Below are positions 36,423-45,760 of a stretch of DNA of 60,858 nt, piece after piece. The stretch's first letter is position 1. Every line of letters starts with the position of its first letter. Position numbers and translations under genes: made by a program. Source of the stretch: a virus (Duplodnaviria; Caudoviricetes); IMG/VR virus record IMGVR_UViG_3300021963_000139, positions 1 through 60,858 of that record. One strand, 5' to 3'. The notes beneath the pieces are model-generated. The model saw only the letters and a list, made by a program, of their open reading frames with translations. It did no database searches and was not told where the DNA came from.

Positions 36423-36737
36423 ATGATCAAAATCACCCGATACACTGAACGCCAACCATGTCCGGATGACCGCAATGATTGCCCCGACTACATCCTTGAT
36501 GACGAATGGACTTACGACGTCGGCTTTCGCGAGCTTGTCGAATTGATGCGCGACTTCGCGTATCCCTCAACGTCGCATCCATCCGGTTCGACCTACGAAT
36601 GGCTCATGTCTGAACCTTCATCCGACTTCCGGACGGGCGATGAGATCCAAGAGTCATTGCACTTTGCCCATCAAAATCATCCGCGCGCCGAAAAGTATTG
36701 GGCGAAAGCGATGCGCGCATCGGGATTCATCAAATGA
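36423..36737 (+). CDS. Hypothetical protein
   Basis: ORF with a GGAG RBS. Confidence 0.65.
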   Translation: MIKITRYTERQPCPDDRNDCPDYILDDEWTYDVGFRELVELMRDFAYPSTSHPSGSTYEWLMSEPSSDFRTGDEIQESLHFAHQNHPRAEKYWAKAMRASGFIK

Positions 36738-36810
36738 AAGATTGGATCATTGCCATAGTATTTGGCATAGCCCTTGGATCATCCATCTTTTTTTTCTTAT
36801 AGGGGGAAAC

Positions 36811-37002
36811 GTGGACGAACACCTATTTGTTGACCGTGAAGACGGTATGGCTGCGCATGTCTTTTATAAGCCTGGAAATAATCCTTGGGCGGTTCGAATC
36901 ATAGACATGGATTCGGACAATACCGTCGAACTTCGCCGCTTCGCTGATATCGAAGCCGCTCATCAATTCATCCGGCGTTGCTTGCCAAACGTGGAGGTCT
37001 AA
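36811..37002 (+). CDS. Hypothetical protein
   Basis: AGGGGG RBS before GTG 36811, within track ORF 36640..37002. Confidence 0.5.
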   Translation: MDEHLFVDREDGMAAHVFYKPGNNPWAVRIIDMDSDNTVELRRFADIEAAHQFIRRCLPNVEV

Positions 37003-37003
37003 C

Positions 37004-37201
37004 ATGATCCAAGGAGCTAGAGTCCAGACCCCTCGAGGTCTAGCCGTCTTCGAACGCCAAGACGGCGATGAATACCTTGTCCGGCTGATCAATACATCCG
37101 ATTGGCCTTTTCCTGAATGGGTAAGGTTTAGACGGTCTCAGCTTCGACTTGTACGTCCGCCCAAAAAGACGGTGGAGAATTACGGCGAGGCGTTGTACTG
37201 A
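37004..37201 (+). CDS. Hypothetical protein
   Basis: GGAGG RBS. Confidence 0.6.
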   Translation: MIQGARVQTPRGLAVFERQDGDEYLVRLINTSDWPFPEWVRFRRSQLRLVRPPKKTVENYGEALY

Positions 37202-37283
37202 TGCGGATCCTGACCAACGCCCTACTCGACCTAGTCATTCTCATTGTCTCGGTCTTTTCAATCCTTCGAAATAAGATCAAATG

Positions 37284-37304
37284 AACCCCCGAAAGGGGGT
37301 TTTT
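37284..37304 (+). terminator. Terminator-like hairpin just before the dpdA-like start codon
   Basis: AACCCCC-GAAA-GGGGGTT-TTT. Confidence 0.5.
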
Positions 37305-37307
37305 ACT

Positions 37308-38036
37308 ATGCGATTCTTCACTGGACTACATCACCCCGCTGACGCAAAACACTTTGAGTCGGCTTTTATTTCGGTCAATACGATTCGAAACCGCAAGAGC
37401 CATTTCCCGGTTAATGACTGGATCATGGACTCCGGCGCATTCACCGAGGTCGTCAGACATGGGGGCTATCGTTTCCCCGTCTCAGAATACGCAAGCCAAA
37501 TCAAACGCTTTTCATCGTGCGGGAATCTACTTGCTGCCGTCTCCCAAGATTATATGTGCGAGGCCTTCGTCCTTGAGATGACCGGCAAGACCATCCCCGA
37601 ACATCAAGCCATGACCATCGAACGCTATGATGAGCTGCTTAAACACGACGTTGGCGGCATCACAATCATCCCCGTCCTTCAAGGCTACGACCCATCCGAC
37701 TACGTCAACCACATTCGAATGTATGGCGACCGGCTAAAGCCAAATATGTGGGTCGGTGTAGGCTCTGTCTGCAAACGAAACGCAAACGTCGGGGCTATTG
37801 AAAATGTTTTGCTCGCGATCAAGACCGAACGTCCGGATTTGAGACTTCATGGCTTCGGTGTAAAAACAACTGCCCTATCATCCGGTTTAGTCCGCGAATT
37901 GCTTTATACCGCTGATAGCATGGCTTGGTCTTTTGCCGCTCGATATGAACGCCGCAACGGGAATGACTGGCGCGAAGCGAAAGTGTTTGAAGATCGCATC
38001 AATACCATGCAATATCAGAAACCACTATTCATCTAG
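37308..38036 (+). CDS. DpdA/queuine tRNA-ribosyltransferase-like (TGT-fold) protein
   Basis: MDSGAFT, QDYMCE, IPVLQG, GVGSVC, LHGFG and ADSMAW are TGT-family motifs. Confidence 0.7.
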   Translation: MRFFTGLHHPADAKHFESAFISVNTIRNRKSHFPVNDWIMDSGAFTEVVRHGGYRFPVSEYASQIKRFSSCGNLLAAVSQDYMCEAFVLEMTGKTIPEHQAMTIERYDELLKHDVGGITIIPVLQGYDPSDYVNHIRMYGDRLKPNMWVGVGSVCKRNANVGAIENVLLAIKTERPDLRLHGFGVKTTALSSGLVRELLYTADSMAWSFAARYERRNGNDWREAKVFEDRINTMQYQKPLFI

Positions 38037-38044
38037 GCTTTGTT

Positions 38045-38239
38045 ATGAAAACCATGTTCGCAATCTATCTCATGGAAGACGATAACGGGTTCGTCCGAGT
38101 CAGTGCTGACCACTATGGCCCCGGCCATAACAGCTATGAACTCGGGGTCGAGCTGCTGATGCACCTCAAGTCATGCGAAATGGAAAACCCCCAAGGCCTC
38201 AAAGTTGGGGGCGTGTTCTATGCTTCAAAGCTTCAGTGA
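38045..38239 (+). CDS. Hypothetical protein
   Basis: ORF downstream of the dpdA-like gene. Confidence 0.55.
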   Translation: MKTMFAIYLMEDDNGFVRVSADHYGPGHNSYELGVELLMHLKSCEMENPQGLKVGGVFYASKLQ

Positions 38240-39028
38240 CTTTGTCAAAGCTAATCCGGCCTTTAGTATTCCGACCTTCCGATGGTAATCATTGAAGTCA
38301 TCCCCAACTTCGGGGGGCATGAAATAATTCAAACCGGTTCGCTTCGCTACCTCCTCGCCCGTCCCGCTGGCATCATTGTCCGCGATCACATACCCGTCCT
38401 TCGCTAGCTTCGCCAAGTTGTGTGCCGAAAAGCATACGTGGATCGTGTATCTTCGTTTCATGGACTTCAAGATCATCCGGAGCGATAACGCCGTGGCATA
38501 GCCCTCGCAATAAAAATTCGGGCCATGATTGTCGAAGGTAAAACTCGCTCCCGAGGTCCGCTGCCCAAACAAAAACTTCTTCTCGCCCGTCTCCGAAATC
38601 ATCTGGCATCCGACCAATCGGTTACCAACCCGCATGGGGATGACCAGGATCTTCTGATCATCCTTGAACCACACATTACCCTTCTCATCCTGGAAGCCCT
38701 TCCGAACAAAGTATTCATGCGTGAACAACTCGCACTGGTTCAGAATCCATCCGGCCTTCTTCGCCGCTTTTTCTTGCATGAACTGGACCTTGTCGGTCGC
38801 AGCTTGAATAAACTGCTTGAACTTATGATCATCCGGTTTGTCCGACTGCCACACACTGACCGCGGTATCGAGTGCGTGGTTCTGAACAAAACCGTAAGTC
38901 CCCATCCACTTGACCGCGCCATTCTTTTTATTCGGGTGATCTTCTGTTCTGTATCGTTTCCAAACACCAATCGGTGGAGTCTGATCGATGATGATGCCGT
39001 GTCCCCGGCAGAATGAAATGAAGTCCAT
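38225..39028 (-). CDS. Toprim-domain primase-like protein
   Basis: CEGYATALS, IADND.SGTG and DFND motifs. Confidence 0.85.
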   Translation of the reverse strand: MDFISFCRGHGIIIDQTPPIGVWKRYRTEDHPNKKNGAVKWMGTYGFVQNHALDTAVSVWQSDKPDDHKFKQFIQAATDKVQFMQEKAAKKAGWILNQCELFTHEYFVRKGFQDEKGNVWFKDDQKILVIPMRVGNRLVGCQMISETGEKKFLFGQRTSGASFTFDNHGPNFYCEGYATALSLRMILKSMKRRYTIHVCFSAHNLAKLAKDGYVIADNDASGTGEEVAKRTGLNYFMPPEVGDDFNDYHRKVGILKAGLALTKSLKL

Positions 39029-40509
39029 TACGCTCTCCCCGTCTGAATGATCCGCTTTTTATAAAGAAATGCCCTAAGTTTTTTCTGAATGAACTTCTCG
39101 ACCTCAAGAGACGGTGGTTTCGAAATGTTCTTAAGACCTCGAGGCCAGACACCGAACTTCTCTTTAAACGTATGCGCTGCTCGGCCTTCCCTCCAACCTT
39201 CAAACTCGACCTTGTACCAGAGCTGCGACCACCAGTCCTGTTTGTTTTCACGACTCATCGTACCGAGTTCTGTCAACTCACCGGCTACGCTTGCGACTTT
39301 GTTCTTTCTCTCCCGTACATGCCCACAGTTCGCACAGGTATCCGACCCCTTGGGCCAAAGTGCTGAACACTTCGGACATTTGGACTCTAACTTCTCCTTT
39401 TCGGAAGGTTCTTTCTTTGGCTTTTCTTTACTGTCATCCAACTCATGAACGCCAGACTCGAAAATCTCCTCCCATTCGTCCCTAAATCGCACGTAGTTGC
39501 CCGAATGATCTAGCCATAGGGCAAACTCCTTTCCGGGCGATCCGCGCATCACACGGCCCATCTGTTGGATGTGGGAGGATAAAGACTTCGAGAACGGTCT
39601 CGCACTCACACCGATCTTTACATCCGGTACATCAAAACCTTTAGTCAAGATGTCCGTAGCGATCAGCCCATGAATCTCGGTATCTGGTTTGCTGAACTCC
39701 TTGATAACGTCCTGTTTGAATGCGTCATCATCAAGATACGACACAGCCACAAAGTTATATCCCTGTTCAGCGAACTTCCTCGACAGATCTGCGCCATGTG
39801 CCACGCCCGAACAAAACACAATCGTTTTTTCGGGTTTCCCGAAAACCTCGTGCGTCTTCTTGATCCACTCAGCCACAATATCCCCGGTGATGACCATCCC
39901 TCGTTTTTCAGTCTCAGCCGGTGACCATTCCCCCGCGACCTTCTTAGCCCCGGTCATGTCAATTTCCTTCGCCACAAAGACTTTCAGAGGAACCAACACA
40001 CCCTGATTGACTAATTGCCCCGTAGTGACCGTTGATACGACGTTCTCATAGACCTTGCCTAGACCCTTTGTGAAAGGCGTAGCCGTTAGCCCGATGACCC
40101 GCACCTCGGGATTGTTCTTGATGAAGTCCATCGTTTGTTTTCTTGTGGCATGGCACTCATCCACAATAAGTAGGTTCAACCCTGGGAATGAACCTCGCTT
40201 CTCGAGCGTCTGCGCCGAACAAACTTGAATGTATTCATACGGCCTCCAACGCCAGTGTTTAGACTGAAGGACACCGTGGTCAATGTTGTATCTGTCGAGC
40301 CTTTGACTCGTCTGGTCGCACAGGATGATCCTGTCTAAAATCATGGCTGCGCGCTTACCCTTTTCTCTCGTTGCGTTCAGAAGAGCAATCGCCATCTCAG
40401 TTTTTCCAGCTCCCGTAGGAGCATATAGGATCTGAACCCTTTTCCCCGCGGCAAAGCCTTGTCTTAAGGCCTCGAGCGTCGCGTTCTGATAGTCGCGTAA
40501 ATGAAGCAT
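39028..40509 (-). CDS. SF2 (DEAD/DEAH-box) helicase with C-terminal Zn finger
   Basis: LRDYQ, APTGAGKT, DECH, GLTATP, QQMGRVMR and CPKC..CANC. Confidence 0.92.
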   Translation of the reverse strand: MLHLRDYQNATLEALRQGFAAGKRVQILYAPTGAGKTEMAIALLNATREKGKRAAMILDRIILCDQTSQRLDRYNIDHGVLQSKHWRWRPYEYIQVCSAQTLEKRGSFPGLNLLIVDECHATRKQTMDFIKNNPEVRVIGLTATPFTKGLGKVYENVVSTVTTGQLVNQGVLVPLKVFVAKEIDMTGAKKVAGEWSPAETEKRGMVITGDIVAEWIKKTHEVFGKPEKTIVFCSGVAHGADLSRKFAEQGYNFVAVSYLDDDAFKQDVIKEFSKPDTEIHGLIATDILTKGFDVPDVKIGVSARPFSKSLSSHIQQMGRVMRGSPGKEFALWLDHSGNYVRFRDEWEEIFESGVHELDDSKEKPKKEPSEKEKLESKCPKCSALWPKGSDTCANCGHVRERKNKVASVAGELTELGTMSRENKQDWWSQLWYKVEFEGWREGRAAHTFKEKFGVWPRGLKNISKPPSLEVEKFIQKKLRAFLYKKRIIQTGRA

Positions 40510-40543
40510 ACTTTTCTCCTGCCGGGACACCCCCCGGCGTAGG

Positions 40544-40771
40544 TTAGTAAATACCGTGTTCCTTCTCTGTCGCTCGGACTAACCTCCAGCCCGAATAGTC
40601 CATCGCAAGAAGTCGTACACGGTCCTCTGGAATCGGCGTCTCACGTAGATGTAATGCCTCCCGTAGCGCTTGAAGAGCGTCTTCATCATGCTGCTCCCAG
40701 TCAATTGAATGAACCTTCTTCCATTGTTCAAGACTCTGGATAGCCAGAGTCATAGCTACTGTTGTCTTCAT
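40544..40771 (-). CDS. Hypothetical protein
   Basis: ORF coupled to the ParB-like gene. Confidence 0.6.
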   Translation of the reverse strand: MKTTVAMTLAIQSLEQWKKVHSIDWEQHDEDALQALREALHLRETPIPEDRVRLLAMDYSGWRLVRATEKEHGIY

Positions 40772-41529
40772 GACTTCCTCTGAAGCGCAGCGACTTGTTT
40801 CTTCAGTTGAGCATTCTCATTCTGAAATGTATCTCTTGATATCTTCAATGCTTCGTTTTCTATCTTAAGTATTCTTATCTCTTCTCTTAAGGATTCTATG
40901 GTCTCCTGTGCCATCCACCCTTCGGGTGTGTCCCCGAGCTTCGCAATAGCTAATTGATCCTTGAGCGATTCGTTTTCCTTAAGCAAATCATCAATCGCTT
41001 CTTGCGTTTCATCAACAGGCTCAGGAGGTTTAGGCTCGACGGGTTTAGTCTCTATGGTCGCTACCTTGCCAGTCGATGTTTTGAATTTCCGAACAGTAGG
41101 CTGAACACCAACCTCTTTCCGAAGCTTTGACACAAACGGATGAGACACATGACAATTCCTAGCGATCTCATTGTCAGACCAGCCCGACCACTCCGGATCT
41201 TCCAACATGATCATCACAGCATTACGCTTGTCCTCAGTCGTCCTGCGTAAACCATGAAGTGCGTTCGCGCCACATGCATGTAGGATTGCATCACGCAACG
41301 TCCCTGTTATGACATCTGCATCAATCGCCTTACGTTTGATCCGATTGTGTGCGTGATATCTGTGAAACCCATCAGCCAAGTAATAATTTATGCCATCGTG
41401 ATAGACACGCACCGCGGGAAAGATGCTTCCGTTCTGAAGCGCCTCAGCATATTCAGTCACCGTTTGCTCGTTGATCTCCGCTCTTGACTGCGTCCCCGCA
41501 GATATATTAATTAGATCAATATTAATCAT
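40768..41529 (-). CDS. ParB/Srx-like N-terminal domain protein with HTH and coiled coil
   Basis: TQSRAEIN..V.EYA, FPAV.V, LADGFHRY.A and WSDNEIAR.C.VSH.FV. Confidence 0.8.
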   Translation of the reverse strand: MINIDLINISAGTQSRAEINEQTVTEYAEALQNGSIFPAVRVYHDGINYYLADGFHRYHAHNRIKRKAIDADVITGTLRDAILHACGANALHGLRRTTEDKRNAVMIMLEDPEWSGWSDNEIARNCHVSHPFVSKLRKEVGVQPTVRKFKTSTGKVATIETKPVEPKPPEPVDETQEAIDDLLKENESLKDQLAIAKLGDTPEGWMAQETIESLREEIRILKIENEALKISRDTFQNENAQLKKQVAALQRKS

Positions 41530-41675
41530 TTCACATCCTTCGTTGAGTAGCCCAGCCAAAACCAACGCCAGTAGGTTTGTACGTTTTTAGTGGTGTATTT
41601 CTTGCCATCCCAGGCAGGTATGTCCCGCCCTCCGGCTAACAGCATAGCCTCAAAAAGCTTACGCGCTTGATCCAT
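41526..41675 (-). CDS. Hypothetical protein
   Basis: GGAG RBS before MDQARKLFE; VQTYWRWFWLG. Confidence 0.55.
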   Translation of the reverse strand: MDQARKLFEAMLLAGGRDIPAWDGKKYTTKNVQTYWRWFWLGYSTKDVK

Positions 41676-41705
41676 TTCGACTCCAAAAAGTGTGAATGAG
41701 TATGC

Positions 41706-41744
41706 AGAATAGCACTTGCGCTTACCCAAGTCAACTGGTATATT
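41706..41744. promoter_or_regulatory. Overlapping divergent sigma70 promoters
   Basis: Plus strand TTGCGC-17-TATATT; minus strand TTGACT-17-TATTCT; both have an extended TG. Confidence 0.65.
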
Positions 41745-41767
41745 AGTGTCTTACCAATCAGTTAGGA

Positions 41768-41986
41768 GTGAAAACTAATGCCATGAAAACTTGTCCGCCT
41801 TGTCATCAGGAGTGCAGCCAAGGGCGTTTGTGTCCAGCGCGTTTGACAGATCACGACATCCGTAATTGCATAGCTGAAATCCCCAAAAGCATTACAGCAG
41901 AAAACTTTTTATACGCTTTTGCAAGAGCTGTTGAATTTAAAGTGAGGAATCATGGACTACTCAAATCACATCCAAAGAGCGAGTGA
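41768..41986 (+). CDS. Hypothetical protein
   Basis: CPPCHQECSQGRLCPAR and FARAVE modules. Confidence 0.65.
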   Translation: MKTNAMKTCPPCHQECSQGRLCPARLTDHDIRNCIAEIPKSITAENFLYAFARAVEFKVRNHGLLKSHPKSE

Positions 41987-42115
41987 TGCTCTCAAAAAAA
42001 TGTATAACCTTTGCCAAGAAGGCAGGCACAAAGAAGCTATTGAGTACGGACTCGAGGCGATAGCTGAGGCAAGGATGGCTACACTTTCTGTAAGAGAAAT
42101 CATAGGGGATGACGA

Positions 42116-42400
42116 ATGATTAGAATTTATATCGACAATAAAGGTAGTGGTGATGTAGTCGTTCAAACCACCGCTACGGATACTGAACAGTTCTTGGCAG
42201 AGTTAGCCGAGGCGATGCACCACGCCATCATCAAAGCCTCTGATGACGGGCTGACTGCCCTTCAGATTATGAAGGTTGCCATGCCTATTGCGTACAAACT
42301 TTCTGGCTACAAAGCCGATGGCGTTTCTGAACAAAGAACTTTGGTGTGCGGGTATGTCAGTCCAGAAAACTGTGATGTCCTGAGTACCGCGGGTCGGTGA
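42116..42400 (+). CDS. Hypothetical protein
   Basis: ORF coupled to its neighbours. Confidence 0.6.
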   Translation: MIRIYIDNKGSGDVVVQTTATDTEQFLAELAEAMHHAIIKASDDGLTALQIMKVAMPIAYKLSGYKADGVSEQRTLVCGYVSPENCDVLSTAGR

Positions 42401-42933
42401 TGTTTACGTCACGCGGTGCTGAGTTTTTTTGGTCAAACAAATTCGATGCTTTTGAGCGATGGGTTGATCTTGCGGCACCACAACCGCTGAAACTCGATGA
42501 GGTGATGCGTCTTGCATCTGTTGCAAGACCAAACTCAAGAGAGGGAATCGGTTGGAAAACTGATGTCATCGGCAACCCAATCGTTCAAATTGTTACTAAC
42601 GAATTTTCTTTTTGGAAGGCATGTATGGAACTTGAAACCGTTGCAAAAGAATCCTCTGCCAGAGTTGAGCAGGAGTTACATAGGGTTAAGCAAGTTGTGA
42701 TGTCGTTTCGAGAGACAACCAAGAATGACTTGTCATCTCTCAAAGCTACATCTGATCGTGTTCAAACTGAGACGTTAAAGATGAGCAAAGAATATAAGCA
42801 AGCCGCAGACCTTCTGACTAGCCCTCAGTTTGTCCAGGCTATAGAGAATGCTGAACGCCTAGCCGTAGCGTTGCAAGCGATTCAGAATTTGAATCAAACC
42901 AAAATCAACTTTGCGGTGTTTGGAAATGAGTAG
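42397..42933 (+). CDS. Hypothetical coiled-coil protein
   Basis: 178-aa ORF in the operon. Confidence 0.6.
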   Translation: MMFTSRGAEFFWSNKFDAFERWVDLAAPQPLKLDEVMRLASVARPNSREGIGWKTDVIGNPIVQIVTNEFSFWKACMELETVAKESSARVEQELHRVKQVVMSFRETTKNDLSSLKATSDRVQTETLKMSKEYKQAADLLTSPQFVQAIENAERLAVALQAIQNLNQTKINFAVFGNE

Positions 42934-43111
42934 CCCTCTGTGGAAGTACGCCATGTTAGCTAGCAAGCTTGAGGGTTATAGCCAGGGACTTCCTGATTAC
43001 TGCGAAGCAGAAAAGGCCATGACCAAAGAAGCCGCTGCGCTTTTGAATGAAGTGTATGAGGAAAAGATGAGAGCAAGCGAGCAGTGGAAAACAGATAACG
43101 ATCAAGCATGA
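42926..43111 (+). CDS. Hypothetical protein
   Basis: Likely start MSSPLWKY. Confidence 0.5.
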   Translation: MSSPLWKYAMLASKLEGYSQGLPDYCEAEKAMTKEAAALLNEVYEEKMRASEQWKTDNDQA

Positions 43112-43118
43112 GGACAAC

Positions 43119-43376
43119 ATGGACGACCAACTAAAACTGGAAGCATACGAGCTGTTGATTGAATCTTTGAACGAAGAACGAAACGAACTTCGAGAAAAGG
43201 TTGATCGCGCTTCTGATTCGTGGATCTTTGGGTTCACTCACTTAGCCAAGTTCATACACAAAACACATGGCTACCACGTATTACATGACCTCGCATTAGA
43301 GATCGATGCCGAGGAGTCTAAACACGGCAACAACAAGGGGTTTGCTGAAATGGTGGAGATTGATTATGGCATTTAA
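43119..43376 (+). CDS. Hypothetical protein
   Basis: GAGGA RBS. Confidence 0.6.
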   Translation: MDDQLKLEAYELLIESLNEERNELREKVDRASDSWIFGFTHLAKFIHKTHGYHVLHDLALEIDAEESKHGNNKGFAEMVEIDYGI

Positions 43377-43572
43377 GGGTTACGTCAACATGGGTCCGAA
43401 AGAATGGATAGAGCGATGCAACCGTAAGTGGAAAGACCTTACGGATGAAGAAATCCATATGGCGTTTTGTCATGCCGAATACGAGACTGACAGTAATTGG
43501 CAAGACGATCCTGAAGCTTGGTGCAAAGCGTTCGCTCGGCACTTAGAAAAAACTTTTAAGGACAAAAATTAA
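43366..43572 (+). CDS. Hypothetical protein with a W..LTDEEI module
   Basis: GGAG RBS before MAFKGY. Confidence 0.55.
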   Translation: MAFKGYVNMGPKEWIERCNRKWKDLTDEEIHMAFCHAEYETDSNWQDDPEAWCKAFARHLEKTFKDKN

Positions 43573-44132
43573 TGGATAACAAAGAAGTTCCTTGCAAAGA
43601 TCACCCCGACGCACCGCATGGCTTCATGCGTGACGCATCACACAGCGCAGGACGATATGTCTGTGAGTGTGAGTTTTGGGAACCGCAAGGGGTTGCGGCA
43701 ACTTGCGGCAAGGGGTTGCACCAAGCGCAAGACCACACACCAGAACAAAAACCTGTGGGATATGTATCGGGGTTTTATGGCGGTTATTGCGTCATACAGC
43801 CGACTGATCCTGCTGTTGTTTTGCCTGTTGGCACGGCCCTGTACCGCGCATCACAACCCATTCAACACAGGCGCACAGATATGAACAAGCAAGACATCTT
43901 AAAGCTGGCGGCGGACTGCGGAATTATCTGTTGGACAAGACATCGATGGGCCAACAAAAATTTTGTTCCGATTGACGATGGCATGGAAGGCGATAGCGCC
44001 TGTCTTTTGCAATTCGCCGAACTGATTGCCAAGCGAGAACGTGAGGCGTGTGCGAAGTTGTTTGACGGTGAGGTATGGGCGTATGACTACCGCGAAATAG
44101 CGGCCGCCATCAGAGCAAGGGGTGAGCAATGA
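43572..44132 (+). CDS. Modular hypothetical protein
   Basis: PCKDHPDAPHGF, QKPV and EREACAK..AIRARG modules. Confidence 0.6.
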   Translation: MDNKEVPCKDHPDAPHGFMRDASHSAGRYVCECEFWEPQGVAATCGKGLHQAQDHTPEQKPVGYVSGFYGGYCVIQPTDPAVVLPVGTALYRASQPIQHRRTDMNKQDILKLAADCGIICWTRHRWANKNFVPIDDGMEGDSACLLQFAELIAKREREACAKLFDGEVWAYDYREIAAAIRARGEQ

Positions 44133-44350
44133 AACGCGAACTATATGACTTCACTACACCGCCAGACACTCCCAAAGAAGCTGTGACAACGATGTATTAC
44201 TTCCCGCATCAAACGGCGAGTAGCATGGGATTACAGTCTCGCGCGCCAGCATACAACGATCCACCCTGCATGGCAGCACACTACGACACTTATGGGAGGT
44301 TATTGTTTACACGTTTTATCTTTAAAGATGGCACATGGAGAGACGCATGA
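44129..44350 (+). CDS. Hypothetical protein
   Basis: ATGA coupling at both ends. Confidence 0.6.
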   Translation: MKRELYDFTTPPDTPKEAVTTMYYFPHQTASSMGLQSRAPAYNDPPCMAAHYDTYGRLLFTRFIFKDGTWRDA

Positions 44351-44532
44351 TCAATGACCTTACACTTCGTGACTACTTCGCCGCTAAAGCGATGGCTGCG
44401 TACATTCAGGACGTAGAAGAACAGAAATTTTGGGGAGAAGAATACTCTATCGAGGAGATGATCCAGTTCACAGCAGAGCGTGCTTACGAGCAAGCTGATG
44501 CCATGTTGGTGGCTAGAGAAAAAGGAAGATGA
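44347..44532 (+). CDS. Hypothetical protein, LRDYFAAKAM family
   Basis: LTLRDYFAAKAM..AYEQADAML.AR. Confidence 0.7.
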   Translation: MINDLTLRDYFAAKAMAAYIQDVEEQKFWGEEYSIEEMIQFTAERAYEQADAMLVAREKGR

Positions 44533-44535
44533 ACC

Positions 44536-44883
44536 ATGGGCATGGGCATTGTTCGATTGAGGATGAAAGCAAAAGAAGATCGCGGTCAAGCTTGTCTTAA
44601 ATACATGGAGACAAGAACCACGCCAGTCACTTTGAAAGATTTGGCAAGCAAGCTGGGTATGACAACGAAAGCCATATCCAATTCATTGATGCCGCTGCTA
44701 GATCAAGGACTGATCAAGCGCGAACTTGTGAAACGTCAATCTTCTATCTGTAAGAAATCAGGATGGGCTTACGGCTACGTCGTCACAGAAAGGAAGATCG
44801 AAGGAAAGAAAGAAAAAGAACCTAAGTTTCAATACCACAACCCCTTTGGAATTAAACATGAGTCCCGACCAACTTTGGCTTGA
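44536..44883 (+). CDS. Winged-HTH DNA-binding protein
   Basis: VTLKDLASKLGMTTKAISNSL..L.DQGLI. Confidence 0.7.
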   Translation: MGMGIVRLRMKAKEDRGQACLKYMETRTTPVTLKDLASKLGMTTKAISNSLMPLLDQGLIKRELVKRQSSICKKSGWAYGYVVTERKIEGKKEKEPKFQYHNPFGIKHESRPTLA

Positions 44884-45094
44884 CTACTGTAAAGATTACG
44901 GCATGGACCCCTACAACCGGCATATGAGGTCTGTTTTCATGGCTGGCGTAGTAGCGGAGAGAGAAGCTTGTGATGACGAAATTGCCAAGGTCTATCACAA
45001 GTTTGTTTTAGACCGTGACTACGAGGCCGCAGATATCGTTGAAATGTGTTCTGAAGCCGTCTTAAGTCGGAGAACTTATGAAAATCAATATTGA
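44858..45094 (+). CDS. Hypothetical protein
   Basis: AEREAC module. Confidence 0.55.
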   Translation: MSPDQLWLDYCKDYGMDPYNRHMRSVFMAGVVAEREACDDEIAKVYHKFVLDRDYEAADIVEMCSEAVLSRRTYENQY

Positions 45095-45269
45095 CCCTCG
45101 GGTCATCCTACAGCTCCGCGCAGAGGCTCTGATGGAGGAGGCAGAACGCGCAGCGGAAAAGGCCAAAGCCTTATTAGTAACGTCCGCCGCAACAAAGTCT
45201 TTGGCCGAATCGATCCTAAAAGAACTAAAAGAAAACATGACCCGCCCCGCAGGCAAAAAGCAATCTTAG
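45078..45269 (+). CDS. Hypothetical protein
   Basis: GGAG RBS. Confidence 0.6.
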   Translation: MKINIDPRVILQLRAEALMEEAERAAEKAKALLVTSAATKSLAESILKELKENMTRPAGKKQS

Positions 45270-45271
45270 CT

Positions 45272-45672
45272 ATTTATCACCCAAAGGCTCCCCCTACCCC
45301 ATACGGGTAAAGGGAGGATGCCTTCGGTGATCTTCATCACCCCCTTGCGGGAAGTCCCATGTGCAGGACGGGTTATCTCCTACACCCCCAGGCTTGGAAC
45401 TACGGCGAGCCTGTCGGATTGGCGGATTTGCACCGGCTCAGGTTACCCTGGCATACCGACTACCTATTCTTCCACGCGTCCGGTTTAGACCTTACTAACG
45501 GATGGAGTCCGGTCGGCACCAAAAGCAAAACCCCAGAAGACTTAGGTGGGGCATGGCCCTTGGCATGGGCAATCACGCAGTCTCCCCTACAAAAGACCTT
45601 ATGACCACACACGCCCCACCTAAATACTCTGGGGTTCCTTGCAGGGGACTGCCGGTTGCCACGCCGACCTTT
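45272..45672 (-). ncRNA. Candidate large structured non-coding RNA
   Basis: Multiple long complementary segments, an upstream sigma70 promoter, a long terminal hairpin and no convincing ORF. Confidence 0.5.
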
Positions 45673-45674
45673 TG

Positions 45675-45710
45675 ACTATACCAAAAAAATGCCCCTCATT
45701 GCAAGGGGCA
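45675..45710 (-). promoter_or_regulatory. Sigma70 promoter overlapping a terminator-like hairpin
   Basis: TTGCAA-18-TATAGT with an extended TG; hairpin TGCCCCT..AGGGGCA followed by a T-run. Confidence 0.6.
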
Positions 45711-45760
45711 AATGTTGGGAAGACCAACAACAGGAGACAACATGGACTACAGCCCTCATC

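Noticed and set aside
36885-36905. GGTTCGAATC T-loop-like sequence suggesting a tRNA
   Set aside because: It lies inside a coding region and no cloverleaf could be built. I found no tRNA by eye.
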